Origin: Candidatus Pacearchaeota archaeon
GTDB lineage: Archaea; Nanobdellota; Nanobdellia; Pacearchaeales; GW2011-AR1
Direction of reading: 5' to 3'
Assembly (NCBI GenBank): GCA_018303995.1
Contig: JAGVXB010000012.1
Location: 1 to 63,833 of the forward strand
DNA length: 63,833 nt
This document shows, piece by piece, positions 63,180 to 63,833 of this stretch (positions are counted from its first letter, which is position 1; each line of letters begins with the position of its first letter). The translations under genes were made by a program, and so were the position numbers. Below the pieces are notes generated by a model. It saw nothing but the letters and a program-made list of their open reading frames with translations, made no database searches and was not told the origin of the DNA.

Positions 63180-63793
63180 AATACAATAACCTGCGCTTTG
63201 TTAAGTGCAATACCTTCCTTTTCAAATTTAATTACGACTTTCATTTCATCTACAGATTCTATCTTTCCAATTTTTCCTATATTGCTTCCAGAGAATATAA
63301 ACGCACTTTTTCCCTTATCGAGCGCAATATGTTTAGTTACTTTATTCTCAAAATCTAAAACTAATGTGTCTCCAACAGAGAAACTCTGTTTAGATGCAAT
63401 ACTTGTTCCATCGTGCAAGCCATATTGAAACATATCTTTACTCATAGCGGTTTTTCCTATAATCTTTAAATTTCTAGTTACATCTTTAGTTTCTTCAAAA
63501 ACAAATCTTCCAGTAGGTAATAATGTTAATTTGTAATTTTTATCCGCGTGAAAAATAGAAAATAAACTGATTGGATCATGTAAATCTTTAGCAACTTTGC
63601 CATTAACTTTCAAGGCTTTATTATGAATCATTCCCTTTACTTCCTTGCTTGTATTTGCAAGTTTTAACATATCTCTAACAGCAACTACAATTGAAACACT
63701 ATTAGAATTATGGCGTGAAGCGTAAGCTACATACTTAGTCCCCTTCCTTGGAAGAGGTAACGCTCTTATAACTTCATTTCTTGTCTGGTGCAT
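63176..63793 (-). CDS. rps4e: 30S ribosomal protein eS4
   Basis: LPLPRKGTKYV...VAVRDMLKLANTSKEVKGMI..KALKVNGKV and operon position. Confidence 0.85.
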   Translation of the reverse strand: MHQTRNEVIRALPLPRKGTKYVAYASRHNSNSVSIVVAVRDMLKLANTSKEVKGMIHNKALKVNGKVAKDLHDPISLFSIFHADKNYKLTLLPTGRFVFEETKDVTRNLKIIGKTAMSKDMFQYGLHDGTSIASKQSFSVGDTLVLDFENKVTKHIALDKGKSAFIFSGSNIGKIGKIESVDEMKVVIKFEKEGIALNKAQVIVL

Positions 63794-63833
63794 TGTTTTT
63801 TTCCTCCGATTTCTTCGACTCGCCAGTTTTTTC
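63774..63833 (-). CDS. rpl24: 50S ribosomal protein uL24, C-terminal end (partial, runs off the window)
   Basis: The frame is open from the window edge: EKTGESKKSEEKNNAPDKK*. It overlaps the rps4e start by 20 nt. The call rests only on canonical operon order. Confidence 0.4.
   Translation of the reverse strand, partial: EKTGESKKSEEKNNAPDKK

Overview
The window is a visibly AT-rich, tightly packed archaeal contig that looks like a DPANN-type reduced genome. The archaeal assignment rests on the canonical archaeal ribosomal-protein operon order on the minus strand (L24, S4e, L5, S14, S8, L6, L32e, L19e, L18, S5, L30, L15, then SecY). It is also supported by an AglB/STT3 oligosaccharyltransferase with a WWDYG motif, RNase P protein Rpp21, prefoldin alpha, a DUF106/EMC3-like insertase, and TATA-like boxes about 25 nt upstream of many ATGs.

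Layout:
- 0-5 kb: an RNA cluster (5S-like element, tRNA-Leu, tRNA-Arg, tRNA-Gly) followed by SecF and SecD.
- 5-7.6 kb: a carbamoyltransferase module with small membrane proteins, one of them missing from the ORF track.
- 7.8-43.2 kb: a very large surface-glycan locus with about ten GT-A/GT-B transferases, two GT9-like enzymes, two ArnT/PMT-like GT-C enzymes plus AglB, two MOP flippases, methyltransferases, and diacetamido-sugar genes. It is interrupted by an Fe-S assembly set (HTH regulator, IscS, IscU).
- 21.6-27.7 kb, inside that locus: a compositionally distinct, higher-GC islet. It carries three radical-SAM enzymes, a GT9-like transferase, an unknown 146-aa protein and a miniature split ThDP E1 alpha/beta-like enzyme. 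This is my best candidate for an undescribed sugar-modification system.
- 46.7-54.3 kb: an Rhs/YD polymorphic-toxin locus. It holds a frameshifted toxin gene with a C-terminal toxin, an immunity gene, an unannotated 58-aa membrane ORF, and a 1533-aa TcB-like protein. It appears to be inserted between SecY and the DUF106 gene.
- 55.8-58.3 kb: accessory cassettes (VIT transporter, HepT/MntA toxin-antitoxin pair, TraB-like gene, unknown ORF) wedged between SecY and L15. They are punctuated by a repeated GC-rich motif.
- The ribosomal operon itself contains two tightly coupled unknown small ORFs.

No CRISPR array, integrase or transposase was recognised. All family assignments come from motif recognition by eye and need HMM or structure confirmation.
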